A stretch of 61,944 bases of DNA, the filler included, from Sphacelaria rigidula (taxonomy: Eukaryota): NCBI GenBank assembly GCA_964200075.2. It is 11 parts of 11 records of this genome, joined end to end, with 100 filler letters (N's around TTAATTAATTAA, not from the genome) between each part and the next. Parts side by side here need not be neighbours in the genome. Positions count along the whole stretch, not along the records: positions 11,283 to 16,823 come from CAXNAA020026495.1; positions 16,924 to 22,464 come from CAXNAA020026496.1; positions 22,565 to 28,104 come from CAXNAA020026497.1; 8 more parts are not named here. One strand, written 5' to 3'. Positions 11,391-24,039 of this stretch are shown piece after piece. The notes below the pieces were generated by a model that ran no database searches, was not told the origin of the DNA, and worked only from the letters and a program-made list of their open reading frames with translations. Position 1 is the first letter of the stretch, and each line of letters begins with the position of its first letter. The position numbers were made by a program, and so were the translations under genes.

Positions 11391-12352
11391 TCCTAAATCT
11401 GCGGGGACAGGTCGGGGTTAGATGGTAGAGCTTGTTACACAGCCTTCCCAGTCGCCTGCCTTGAGCATAAGCGACCTGGGCTTTCCTACATCTCTCAAGT
11501 TAAGGGTGTGGGGAGTGAACGCCAGTTTGATAGACGAGGTGGTACAGACTGTCTTTAAGCAGTGCGAAGAGTACGACAGAAACACGTTAGGAAAATGTCT
11601 CGCAAGGCCTCTGCGAGGCTTATAACCAAACACTCCGTACGATAGGCGATGAAGACTTAGGTGCGGAGCATACCGAGATTGCGGCGCGACAGAGGGCGGG
11701 GACGTTGGAAAGGGTGGTCAAATACGATAGGAGGGCCTTCACTAAGGCCTTGGTCTGCCTAACACAAAGTTCCAGTGACGATGAGGGCGGCAAACGTTTC
11801 GTGTTGACATTCTGTTCCCCTAGGAATCGGGTCAGATATACATTTTCAATTTTCCTGAAAAACTCTACGTGCTCCGCCTGGCTGTCTCTCCCGCAGTGAC
11901 TGACACATATATTTCCATGGCATCCATGGTAGTCGACCTGCCCGTGTGTCGTCACACGACACTTTGAAGTGTACCAAACGCTCAGAAGTGCCTAGAATGG
12001 ATGGACTCAAGGAAGAGATATGTAGAACCGCGTCGAGACAATGCCACCGATGTTTTTCATTCGCCCTTCGTCATCACCATATGGTAGCTTACGGCATACT
12101 GTACTACATATCATCCAGTTCAAGAAGAAGCCCAGCCTTACTTGTCTCGCAATCGCTGCGGGAACGCCGCCGACGTTATGCCGTTGGGAATATATCTCTG
12201 GGGTCATTCAGTGAACTGGTTATATATCTCTCAGTTTACTGCAAATATGACAGTGCGGGGACTTGCTTGTGGAGAAACTCAGGGCCGGGATTTCCTGACG
12301 CCCCAGATGATACACTCTATAACCAACGGCAGTATAGTGCCGCAGTGCACAC

Positions 12353-12406
12353 CTGCACTTTCTTCATTTTGCCCTCCCATTGCAGAAGCTGCTCCAGCTC
12401 CTTTTC
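12353..12406 (-). CDS. CCDC177-like coiled-coil protein, exon 5
   Basis: acag|EKELEQLLQWEGKMKKVQ|gtgtgc, phase 0-0. Confidence 0.8.
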
Positions 12407-12917
12407 CTGTGGAGGTCAGGAGGGGAGTGTCGGCAACGGATCAGAGGGAAACTGAAGACGTGGGGCTTCGACAAACAAATTTGACACGTGGAGACAGTAG
12501 AGGTAATGATGGATATGAGCTCGGCGTCATGCTGATACGCAGGGTTATCTCGTCAAAGCCTCAACTTTACAGAAGTAGGGCATGCAATAGAAACATCAGT
12601 GCCGGGCTCGTGTGCTCCGCAGCGTCCGCATTTTGTTTCCATAACGTTTTCCGCTTGAAGGCGCTGGCCCGCACGCTAAATACGCTAGACTGCCACACGA
12701 CCAAGGAAGTATTCTCTACCGCTTTTAAACGGTCCGAGACCGCTACTATATGCCTCAGAGTAACACCAGGGAAAACAAACATCGGCATGGGAAACAGGAA
12801 TATCTTTCGATGACAATGATTTTCCCATTTCCCCATCGATTAGGCGGGTGGTCGGGATGCGTAATGTAATGAAATAGCGCTGGGTTCTCTACGAGGACTC
12901 TGGTGCGCACTTCGCAC

Positions 12918-13049
12918 CTGTCGCCGCTTCATTTTTTCAATCCTACGCTCCTCCATCTCAATCATCGTGGTGTTGGCCTTTTGCTGCTGGTCCAGCAGCT
13001 GCGCAGGCGTCAGAGCTGCCCCCCCTCCCATATGCAGCAACGTGTGTTG
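12918..13049 (-). CDS. CCDC177-like coiled-coil protein, exon 4
   Basis: ttcag|QHTLLHMGGGAALTPAQLLDQQQKANTTMIEMEERRIEKMKRRQ|gtgcga. Confidence 0.82.
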
Positions 13050-13725
13050 CTGAAGCAGTGATATGGTCAGAGTTGCGACGAACAAGCAGCGCATGCGACG
13101 GCGGAATGTACAAGAGTGTCGTCAGAAATAGACATCCTCAATCAGACGAGAGTTTGGATAGGAAAAAATGAGCCTCAAATCACCCAGAGGGGCAAAATTC
13201 AATACTGCATGTCAACGGATAGAAATCTCTGTTCGGATATGTAGCGATCTCGCCGACTCTGACAGCAATAAATGGTGTTCGGTGTAAGCTTGTACTTGGG
13301 AGAAAGATGACACCGACATTGTAGTTGGCCTGCTACTACCTCTATTTCTTGGAAAACTGGTCCCATAATATGGGGTGCTTGCAAAAAGGGGAGTCGATCA
13401 CCTCCTGTGCCATGAAATGCCCCTCTAGCGGGCAACCCATGACGCTCGTTGCCGCTCAGCATAGTGCCGGCTTGAAACCTTGCGCATTCAGTTTACGTGG
13501 TGGATAGGGTGTTCTTGCAGTGTGTTGGGCTGCTTCAGCACTATTTTGAACGCAGCATGGATCGGTCGACGAAGGTTGCTGTCGGTTCTGAGGAGTCCAT
13601 ATTTTCCGTACCACCCACACAAAATCATGTGAAGCACGCCTTGGCGTCAATACGCAGCAGGCACCAGCTCTAGTACAATTTGAGAGTATAACAGTTTTCA
13701 CTCTGTGCAGTGGATTTGCGTTCAC

Positions 13726-13852
13726 TTTTTGCTCGGCGTTGACGAGTCGCTTTCGCTCTTGTCGACACAGACGCATCATCTCGTGTCGCCGCTGACTGTA
13801 GGCCTCGTGGCGCATCCTTTGCACCTCTGGCTCCACCCCCGGTTCCCAGAAA
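13726..13852 (-). CDS. CCDC177-like coiled-coil protein, exon 3
   Basis: acag|(S)FWEPGVEPEVQRMRHEAYSQRRHEMMRLCRQERKRLVNAEQK|gtgaac; phase matches both neighbours. Confidence 0.85.
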
Positions 13853-14298
13853 CTGTATTGCGAAGACGACGAAAAAGGGCCAGAGAACAATCGATAGAAA
13901 CTTAGCATCAGAGGATGACGGCCGAGGAAAGTGGTGCGTATTTCCCGCCCCCTCCTGGGAAACTTTGAATGATGTTGCAGTACAACAGGATATGATACTA
14001 CTGCAGGGGGATATATCAGATCGTATGTATAACAAGAACTCCTCGATGATTTGGGGGCGTGTCCACGCATACCAGGCCCTCCTATTCCTAGTACGTACCG
14101 AACAGAAGTTCATCTCAACAAAGATTCGTAGACTACGATATGAAAATATAGCATTTTCGCGGGACTCGGAAATCCGTACTTGTCGGACGTGCTTCCCCAG
14201 AAATTACCGGCAGTATTCATAGGGTAAGCAATTGGAATCCCCTGAACTTGTTCAGTGTAGTAATCAATGACTTGCTTCCTTCGCTTTGCGCTCTTCAC

Positions 14299-14406
14299 CT
14301 GTCGAGATCTCTCACGCGGAGTATCTCTGGGTTGACGCCGTGCTTCAGGCATGCCTCTGCAGATCGTGGAGTGAGCACCACGCGCGCCGGTGGTGGATTG
14401 ATTCCG
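14299..14406 (-). CDS. CCDC177-like coiled-coil protein, exon 2
   Basis: GINPPPARVVLTPRSAEACLKHGVNPEILRVRDLD(S); resembles the recalled VLTSPRSLEAC motif of CCDC177-family N-termini. Confidence 0.82.
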
Positions 14407-14490
14407 CTGACCTAGGTCATTATTCAGTAAAGGATCGGAGGAGTAGCCGAGGAACGGGTCAGACAGTGGTGTGTTGTACTCACATATGAG

Positions 14491-14800
14491 GTCACCCCGG
14501 TGGCTCAGTTGGTAAACCTCGAAACCTTCTGACGGTTGGGTCGTGGGTTTGAATCTCGGTGCAGTCACACGATCTTGAGTTTTTCTCACAAAATGGTCAA
14601 CAGTGGAGAGCGACTGTGTCGGGGGGTACACAAAAGGCGACTTCACGGTCGACGAGGGAAGGGACTGCTGAGCCCCTTTCGCGATTAAAAAATAAGGCGA
14701 ACACTGCAGAAGGAAGGTCGAGTATTGAAAAAAACCAAGAAAGAAATGAAAATCCTGTGTGTTAGCATTCCTCCTCCAGAACAGATGGGATGACACCACA
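14491..14800 (+). mobile_element. tRNA-derived SINE, family A (intronic, internal 3' deletion)
   Basis: CCCCGGTGGCTCAGTTGG A box and GGGTTTGAATCTC B-box-like motif; body matches the other copies. Confidence 0.85.
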
Positions 14801-14936
14801 CTGGGAGCACGGTACTGGCCGTCAACAGAACGCTGTCGTCGTACACACAGTTCGTCGGAGCAGACACATGTCGTCGTCCGGTGACCCGTGGCTGCGATAT
14901 GATGAGATGAAATGCAGCTGACAGACGACGACCTAC

Positions 14937-15013
14937 TTCCGTCGCCAAGTCGTCAAGTCCGTACCGCGATCATGGCCGGGCCGGCGAACGAAATAAGCAC
15001 CGCCCTTGGGCAT
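14937..15013 (-). CDS. CCDC177-like protein, candidate first exon
   Basis: ATG at 15013: MPKGGAYFVRRPGHDRGTDLTTWRR + AA|gtaggt; joins exon 2 in phase (AAC = N). Confidence 0.55.
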
Positions 15014-15024
15014 GAGGATTTGAA

Positions 15025-16660
15025 TATATATATGTAGCATTTCACATTTTTCATCACTTTTGCAGAGTTTTATCCGGCGGCAAGGCATTTCCTCCCGCGC
15101 TTTCTTTTGCGGCGCACTAAGAATGCTCAGCGGTACATTACCGTTCAGATATGGGTATCATCTGATACCTGTGGCGCGTGTTCTGGCGACCGAAAGTCGC
15201 TCCAACTGGCCCATTTTCGCGGGATGTCGATCCCGAATCACAAAAGCCTTTTCAAGGTCATCGAAAAATTTGAGACAAGAACCCGAACCACAAAGCCTGT
15301 TAAAGATAATGAAAAACTTGAAACAGGATACTTTTGGGGAGGGTATTTCCCCCGCGTGTTTCTTTTTGTCGCGTTCTCATCCATTTTGGAGCACGAACAC
15401 ACCGGTTATGCCGCCAGTGTCACGAGAACATGGGGACAAAGCAGTTAAAAACAATTGAGCATTGCCTTGGCCTTAGTCAGCAGCAAACACAACACCGTGC
15501 AATGGGCCGTTGGCGACTTGAACTAGGCACAGCAGCACGGTAACACGGAATGTTTTGCCGCAAAATATAATCACCCTCTGATCCATGCTACGATAGGAGG
15601 GGGGGGGATTTCGATTCCACGAAAAAGGGTGCCCATGGATGCGTCAAACGACCTGAAGCACTCGTGGAGCGCTTGTATTTGGGTGAAAGCGGTGGAAAAT
15701 AGTATGGATTGGCATTATTATCGGGAGCCAGCGCGTTCGACAACTGTTGGCTGCTTTTAACGGCGATCGAAGTAGAATTTCGTGGAAGAAAACGGCCCGA
15801 AATACTCCCCCTTCTATCGTAGCATCACTCCTCGTCCGAAAGAAGGCCCGGTGATATGGAAGCCACAGTGATGTGCCATCGTTCCAGACAAGAACCACCA
15901 CTCTCATGTCCAGAGAAATGCAAACCTTCATGTGCAGCGAAAAACGACAGCACTGCAAGAACATGCCCGTTAAACAAAATGGCCCGGTGAAAAAAAGGAC
16001 TGATAAAAAAGGCCAGGTGAAAAGTACGGCCGGCCTTTAAAAGTAAACGCAACTCTCATGTGCAGAGACAAAGCGAAGCACTGGAAGTACATATCCGCGA
16101 GCTTCCCAAGTGAGAAAAACATGCCAAGAATGTTCCATGCATTCCAACAGTCAGCCAAAGCCACTCTCCTGTCCAGAGAAATGCAAACTGTCATGTCTAG
16201 CGAAAGAGCGAAGCACTGGAATAACATACCCGCGAGCTTCCCAAGTGACAGAGAACACGTCAAGAATGTTCCATGCATTCCATTTTTTCGAGAAATGCCT
16301 CTCGCTGTCATGTCTTTGTGGCACGAGAGCTACTTCGCACTCCGGCACTTCGGAATACCACATATGTCATTCGCCGACCAAACGTACAACAGGGTTCAAC
16401 ATTTCCTTCAGCTCATGTCGTATCCATACGCATATGCCACACATGTCGAAATTATTGCCGCTCAACAATTGTACAACCTTCACATTCGTTTTACTCAAGT
16501 CAGTGAACCTTATCCGGAGCCACCATTCGATATCATATGCGATGATTTGTACAGCCACGATCACTGCTGTACATTGATATACAACAGCCTCTCTTAAGCG
16601 TGTATTTTCGACTTGCGACACCCCCGCGAGGCCCGTACCAACCTCCCGAAAGGGAACCTT
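15025..16660 (+). mobile_element. Unclassified ~1.6-kb interspersed element with OTU-protease-like fragment
   Basis: Homologous to 29950-30560 plus 31290-31810; TA-rich flanks at both ends; FLQLMSYPYAYATHVEIIAAQQLYNLHIR...LYSHDH resembles an OTU C-terminal half. Confidence 0.65.
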
Positions 16661-17019
16661 GTATATATATACCATTCGTCAAGTTGCGTATTTCATACTC
16701 TCCCTTCATTCTTCAACAGCATACTGCCTTCTCACCTCGATCGTCCCCCTCACGGGGGGCGGGGGCAGGGGGGGGGGTGTACTCATGATCATGCATGCCA
16801 TAGTCATATAACCATTGACCTCGNNNNNNNNNNNNNNNNNNNNNNNNNNNNNNNNNNNNNNNNNNNNTTAATTAATTAANNNNNNNNNNNNNNNNNNNNN
16901 NNNNNNNNNNNNNNNNNNNNNNNAAGTCAGCGCTGACTTGTCAGTAGTCTAGTTGGTTGTCTCGTAGACCGTCACACCTCGCATGCTCGCGGGAGTTCTC
17001 GGTAGATTTCCGGCAGCAT

Positions 17020-17720
17020 ACTCTGCAGTCTGTGGGCAGTACGGTACAGCATGGCACAGCACGCATCTGCGCGCCTAGAGTGATGCGGTTAGCTGTTTAT
17101 TTTTCTATGATTCATACAGCATGAATCACGTGATCCATTGACATATTTTCCACCTTGCGTTCGTGACCATGAATCATAGATACATGTTCTCCACCTTCCA
17201 TTCATACGAGGTGAATCAAGTGTATATGTATTTCCCCTTTCATCCATGCAGCATGAATCACAGGCACGCGTTCAGCACCTTCCATTCATACGGGGTGAAT
17301 CACGCGTACATGTTTCCCAATTTCCGTTCATGCAGTATGAATCATACGTACATGTTCTCCGCCTTCCATCCATACGAGGTGAATCAAGCGTACATATTTC
17401 CCTATCTCCGTTCATGCAGCATGAATCGTACGTGCATGTCTCCTACCTTCGATTCATACGAGATGAATCAAGTGTACATGCTTCCGACCCAAGATTCATA
17501 CAGGAAGTGTGATTCGTACATACTCTACCCTCTTGATTCGTCTGATACTACCTAGGGTGTGCACATTCCCAGTCCGTGTTTCATGAGGTTTGATCGTGAA
17601 AATACAACTTTTTCACAATTTTACCACCCGCGAATCATACCGGGTGTTTCTCTGGTACATGATTCACTTTCAACATTCATGGGGATTCAACCCGTCTGAA
17701 CTCTGATTCGTCGGAACCGT
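17020..17720 (+). repeat. Dispersed element containing a 42-bp minisatellite (alternating 84-bp dimer)
   Basis: Units such as AATCATAGATACATGTTCTCCACCTTCCATTCATACGAGGTG; reverse-strand copies at ~39845-40400 and ~40770-41460. Confidence 0.85.
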
Positions 17721-19676
17721 GAAACATTCTGTAAGATTCTGAACGACAGGGTGGGGACGATGCTAGAAAAAGACGAAAAAGTCGTTGAGGGGCAAGCAGG
17801 TTTTAGACCAAACTGTAGTTGCGTAGACCATGTGTGCACATTAAGCCATAATATTCAAGGTAGGAGACACGCAGGGCTGACAGCGTACTGTTTTTTTCTG
17901 GACGTATACAGGGCCTATGATACAGTGTGGACAAATGGGCTGTGGAAAAAGTTGAGGGAAACTGGTATCAGAGGAGATATGAGGAAAATGATGAAGAAGA
18001 TGACAGAATGTGTTAAACGTGCCATGATGCTAGACGGGGAAATATCCAAATATTTTGATATTTCACAAGGAGTTGCACAAGGATGTACGTTATCACCCAC
18101 TTAATTCGAAGTATTTATTAATGACCTGATGATAGCAATAGAAGCAGCAAAGTAAGGAGTCAAGGTGTGTGAAGATATGGTATCAGGGTTGATGTTCGCG
18201 GATGATTTTGTGGGGATATCAGAAACATCAGAAGGGTTGCAGAAGCAAATAGAGAAGGCGTTAGAATACACTAGGAAATAGAGAGTGGCAGCGAACGTAA
18301 ACAAATGCGCGGTATTTGTATGTAACGGAGATAAGAAGAACTCTTGAGAGTTCAAATGGAAGTGGGGAGAGGAGAAATTTCCGGTCGCAAATCAGTATAC
18401 ATCCCTTGGCGTAGAGATCTCAAAGAAGTGTTGTTGGGATGCACGGACAGATAAAGTAGTAGAAAAGGGTAAGGCACAGATAGGCAGGATGGGCATGATC
18501 GTCAGAAACTCGCTCCTCGATACTAGGATTGAGAGATATCCTGATGAACGTGATCATACCAAAGCTGGAATGTGTACGAGAAACATGGGAGGGGAACGCT
18601 AAGTTGGTGAAGAGGTTAGAAACAGTACAGATGACAGCAGCTACGAAAATACTTCGATGATGAAAAACGACGAGTAATGCAGCATTGAGAGCAGAATTGG
18701 GACTGTACTTGCTTAAACCAAATAGAGACGTGAGAAAATTGCGATGGCAACATAGCGTAAAGAACATGCAGAGAAAGAGATTGCCAGCTACATTTGATAG
18801 GGGTGTATGAAAGAAATGTACGAAAGGGCAGGCTGGAATAAGGTAGGATGGCACAGTCCAGAAAGCATGGAAGAGGATAGGAGGAAACGAAGACGAGCTA
18901 ATTCCCATAGGTGAATGTGGCGGGTGCAAGACATAGGGTAAGAGACATGATAGAAACAAGGGGAAAATAAGCGCTAGGGCGGAAAGTCGATGAGGAAGAG
19001 CGCCTGAAGATATACGGGGAGTTGAGAGAGGGGATAGGGATGAAAATATATCTGCATGACCTTATGGACGCCGCGAAAACTTTGAAACTGTGACTTTGAG
19101 TGGGGGACCTGGACCTGCCAGAAAGAAGAGATATACTAGTACTCGACAGGAGGGGCAAGTAGATGAGCACAATTACCCCTATGGCAAAGCGAAAGAGAGT
19201 AGAACTCATATACTGGCAGAATGTGAAGCAAACAAGGAGGAACGGGACGTGCTAGACGGGGAAATGCGGAAGGTAAAGAAAGGCGGCACGAAATCTTTTG
19301 ATGCACTAGACAGTAGGGGGGGGGGGGCGTACTCATTTGTTGCTTGCCTTAGTCATTTGACCATTGACCACGCATCCCTTTCGAGACGGAGCACCGTAGG
19401 GGGGAAACGATGGCCATTGACCACGCATCCCTTTCGAGACGGAGCACAGTAGGGGGGAAACGATGGCCATACTATGAGATAGATGGCCACAGACGGCGAA
19501 TCAGAAAGGGGATAAGATAGGTAAATGGCTTTTGTGTGATGTATGGAAGGAACGTAATGAGCGCCGAAATGTTGGAGGTGTCTCTATTAGGAGTAGGAAC
19601 GGTGCTCCGTCTCGAAAAGGATGTGTGTTCAATGATCAAACGACTAAGACAAGCAACAGATGAGTACGCCCCCCCC
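17721..19676 (+). mobile_element. 5'-truncated, decayed LINE (non-LTR retrotransposon) reverse transcriptase, oligo(C) tail
   Basis: RT motifs EGQAGFRP..SCVDH, FLDVYRAYDTVW, GVAQGCTLSP, FINDL, LMFADD, NVNKC, with in-frame stops and frameshifts; ends ATGAGTACG(C)8. Confidence 0.95.
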
Positions 19677-20329
19677 TCGGTGCCTCCCCTCCTCGTTCAC
19701 TTGACGCCTGTGTACCTCATGTCGGGAAATGTAGGAAAATGTCTGACCCACTTCCACCACCCAATGAAAATCGGTGAAGATTTCCGCGTATCACCACGAG
19801 TCACAACCTTCATGTGGATTCAACATGTCGGGGTGACCTTATTCCGCCTGTACTTGTTATACATCTTGTCCTTTTGATTTGCACGTGAGGGGGGTAATCT
19901 TCACGCTATTTATTACCTACATGTCTGGGTTCTGGTTTTATTTGATGCCTTACCTTCGTTACGGTATGGGTAAGAATCTCGATTTTTCCCGTTTTGATAT
20001 GGGGAAAAAGAAATCGTTTTCCCCGCTGTTTCGTGACTACACTGTATCCGATCTGTGTGCTAGCTCATGCAGAGAAAAGTGTGGTTAGCTGCGTTATTCT
20101 ATGTTTACTTCTGGGCTGTGTTCTGGTAGGTGAAAGGAAAAAATAGTTAATCTCGTTGTTTCGTGTCTAGATCCGGGCTGTGTTCTGCTAGCGCGGAAAA
20201 AAAAGAGAAGAACAAAATGTATATATATATATATATGAAAGAGGAAAAACGGGAAAAGAAAAGAAGAAGCAGAAGAAGAATGGGAAAAAGAGAAAAGATA
20301 ATGTAGAGAGAAGAAAATGCTCAGATCCA

Positions 20330-20803
20330 TTATCTCATGCCCATGTTTAGGCTGTCTTCTGGCATTGGAAGAATTGGGTAGCTTCGCTGTCTTATGTCGA
20401 TACCCAGAACTTTGGTTTGATCGTCGAGTGGAGGAGGGAAAATATGCACATAAATGCTCCTGTGGCAAAGCAATAGAGAGTCTCACTCATAGAGTGGCAG
20501 TATGTTCACTATACAGGGAGGAACGGGACTTGGTAGAGGGGGGAAGGTGGGACGTACCCAAAGGTGGCATGAAATCGTTTGGTACACTATTTAGATGGCA
20601 ACGAGAAGACGATGGCTATACTAGGGGATAGATAGTGGCCACAGACGGCAACACAGAAACGGGGTAAAATGTTTAAAAGGTTTCGCGTCAGGTGTGGAAG
20701 AATTTCGGAGGTGTTCCTATTAGGAGCAAGAGTGGTGCTCCGTCTCGAAGGGATACGTGGTCAATGGTCTAGTGGCCAAGGCAAGCAACCAATGAGTACG
20801 CGC
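20330..20803 (+). mobile_element. LINE 3' fragment (same family)
   Basis: Aligns with ~19050-19670, including the tail GTGCTCCGTCTCGAAGGGATACGTGGTCAATGG...ATGAGTACG. Confidence 0.85.
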
Positions 20804-23800
20804 TCTCCTATCCTGCGTCAGCTTAACCTGTCTGCACTATCGTTGTACTCGTACACCATTATGGAATGTTTCCCAGTGCGGGTGGATGAAATTTTCCGCA
20901 AGACCGCAGCCAGGTCGAAGTTGGCGGACCTCCGGCATCTTTCAGACCACGTTCCACCCGACTGAGGGTTCATAGTCGTAGGACACAACAGTAACCACCT
21001 TGGCGACTGTTAGATTGTCATGAAGTCGGGCCAGTAAGCTCTGGTACACTGTGTGTGAAACCTTGCCCCTACCAGGTGAGAATGCATGGGTCCTTGACAG
21101 GAGGCATTGTCCGCACTGCAACAGCTACTCCGCCAGCCCTCGCGCGAGATGGCGGAGGAACAAAGAATCCAGCAACCCCAGTGACATAGCAAAGCCTGGA
21201 ACTGCTTGTTAACTGTGTTACTCCGATCGTTCACTCATGAGCAGACACAGTTTGACGAGCAAGCTGGCAAGATTTTGCTGCTGCCTCCGTACTGGTTCCC
21301 ATTGTACCTTGTATTATCGTCACACGACAATTAGGGGGGGGGGGGGGTGACCTATGCTGATACCACCCATTTCAACTCACGCAATTCCCAAGTCGGCCAT
21401 CGGCAAAATCGCTTCAACACCTCTTGCAAGTATCTGAATCGAGAAACATATATCGGAAGTATCAGCGTCATCAGGTGTCACGTGCTGTGGTTCTCAACGT
21501 CAACATCTCGTAGTATACTAGAAAAAGAAATCGCTCGAGGGAATAAACCTGGATACAAGGTGCTCCCAGACGCACGGAACGGCAGAGGAGAGGGGTTGAC
21601 GTTTCTCGCACAAGTCTGTGACCTGAGTTGTTTCTCCTTGTCTGTATTGTTGGCATCCTCGCGAGGCGATTTCTTACCTGGCGATTTATTATCTTGAGGG
21701 AGTCGATGGCCCGTTTCTCAGGCACTACATTAGTTCTTAGGCCCAATATGATCGACACCGTTATTTTCAGATATCTAAAATATTCTCAAAGTTTTCGGAT
21801 TCTGTGTTGAGGCTTCTCCGAGCACGAAGTGGCTTCATTTTTTTAGCAATATACAAAAAAGGGTAAAGCCCTGATGCTTCTGGAACAAAAAAGGGTAACA
21901 CATTATTTTTCGGTTTAGGGCGCGGCGCTGCACACGGGCTAAGCACCTCGAAAGCACGTTCCAGTGCCTCAGCCCCACGCACAAGGTGTCTAGGCAGCAC
22001 GCCAGACCATTTTTCTTCATTTTCATACGTGGTACTAGGGTTAACCACGGCGCGGAAAATGAGAGCCTGTGACAATACCCTTTTTTGTAACCAAATGAGG
22101 GGGGTACACCATGCGCTCTGATAAACATTTTTCTGTTGCCCTGTTTTGTTAACTTGTTCACCGGTTAACGAGTTCAACGGGTCAACACATTAACAAAAAG
22201 GGGCAACAACAAAATGTTCAGCAGAACGCAGAGTGTGCCCTTCTCGTTTGTTCACAAAAAAGGGTACGAGCTGGGCCAGCTTAGAGACGGTTTAAGCTCT
22301 CGAAGTAATATCTCACAGACACAGGAGTTGGGCCGTGATCCGCATATCGTATTAACCCTTCGGGAAACCTCCCCTCCCGTCCCCGGGCCAGACGCCTCAT
22401 TATTAGAAGCCCTGACAAAGAAGAAAAGATGGAAACAGAAATGATCGACGGCAACCATTTTCACNNNNNNNNNNNNNNNNNNNNNNNNNNNNNNNNNNNN
22501 NNNNNNNNTTAATTAATTAANNNNNNNNNNNNNNNNNNNNNNNNNNNNNNNNNNNNNNNNNNNNGTACGCACAACTCGTGATACATCGTCAGTTAGAACG
22601 GGCTGAAGGAAAGTGAGCTTCTTGGGCGGACCAGCCTGTACTGTGTACACTATAGTCTATTGTCTGTTGCAATAGGCGCAATAGTCGATACTGTACGCAG
22701 TATATTTCTTGACTGTATTGTTTTGTCTAGGGTGTGGAGGTCTCACAGTCGCTCGTGCATCTGCGGAAGGCGGTGAGGGCCCGGTCTGCATTGAAACGGT
22801 GGATACCAGGCTCACTAGCATTTTTTATTTATTTAGCACTCCCTGTCTGATGACGATTACAATAAGTACGGCATCGGTCAGGCTCGCAGGCTGGGACGGA
22901 TCCCGCCGGCATCATCGTCGATCTTCGCCCAGTTAGGGATGAAAGCTCATGAAAACTCAGCAAAGAAGCAGCATCTAGGCTTTCTCACACTCACGAGGGT
23001 CGGGGGCTGAAGATTCCCGGTCCAAAAAGTTCGACATGTCAAGGTCAAGTTTTCGTCGCGCGACCCCTTCGCTCTGCCCGGGACCCTTTCCAGCGTACCC
23101 GACAAGGGGGCAACATACCCGTACAGAAAGTAGCGATGCTAACGTATCTTGAGTGCTGACAGTCTGGAAGCCGGCAAGGTGGTGAGAGTAGTGTTATTTC
23201 AGCAAAACCAACTTGCAGTGCCCTGGGGCAGAGTTTGCATGTAAATGTTTTGACGATTGACCCACTTGCACTTTGCCCATATGTTGCGGAATTTTTTCAC
23301 GATCTCAACGCGCCAAATTGTCATATGAAATGTACTCCGCCTTTTCTCGAAAAAAATTACAGGCAGCACGTACACAGTGTCTCAAAGTGTACCGCGCACA
23401 GTATAGAATATATTGCCTGCTGTGATTTGTGGAATATTGTACTCGTACGACTACTGAACGCTTCATATAGACACCAGCGGGTAAAAATCTCCACAACGTG
23501 AAATGTCACAGGCGGATTTCGCGCCATAGCGGCTGTGTTATGATATAGCTTCACCCGAGATACGGGCAGCCACCACAGCTGTGGAGGCGGCCTTTCAATC
23601 TTGCGTGCGCCACCTGGGGCAAACGCACGCTTAGCTGCAACACGGGTAGCCGTACAAAATGTGGCGTAGCGATATAGCGCGTCGTGAGGGGTGATATCGT
23701 GATATCCTACGTACACGTTGGTCGTAGCAAGAGCGTCTGCGTTCATGTTGTGGCAAACTGCACAAGACAGCGGATAATCAATGCAGCACAGAGATATGCC

Positions 23801-24039
23801 AAGGATGTAGCATTTTGCGGTGTGCTGTGCCACCATGCACCCTGCCGCTGTGGAGTGCGCAGGCAGTACCGCCCAAGGTGTAACTACTGCGGTTGGTACG
23901 CAGCAGCGAACACGAACAGCAAGAGTGTAATGGTATATTCGAAAGAAAGCTACGAGCCGGGCCAGCTGACATGGATTTTTTCATGTTTCCGGGCCCGGCT
24001 TCGGATAATTGGAGACGTTGGATGCTGAAATTTCGACAC

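Noticed and set aside
11418..11955. Overlapping minus-strand ORFs
   Set aside because: No recognisable motif; probably an intronic repeat relic.
17163..17555. ORF with 14-aa repeats; superficially CRISPR-like periodicity
   Set aside because: Degenerate 42-bp tandem minisatellite with no unique spacers and no cas genes; the ORF follows from a period divisible by 3.
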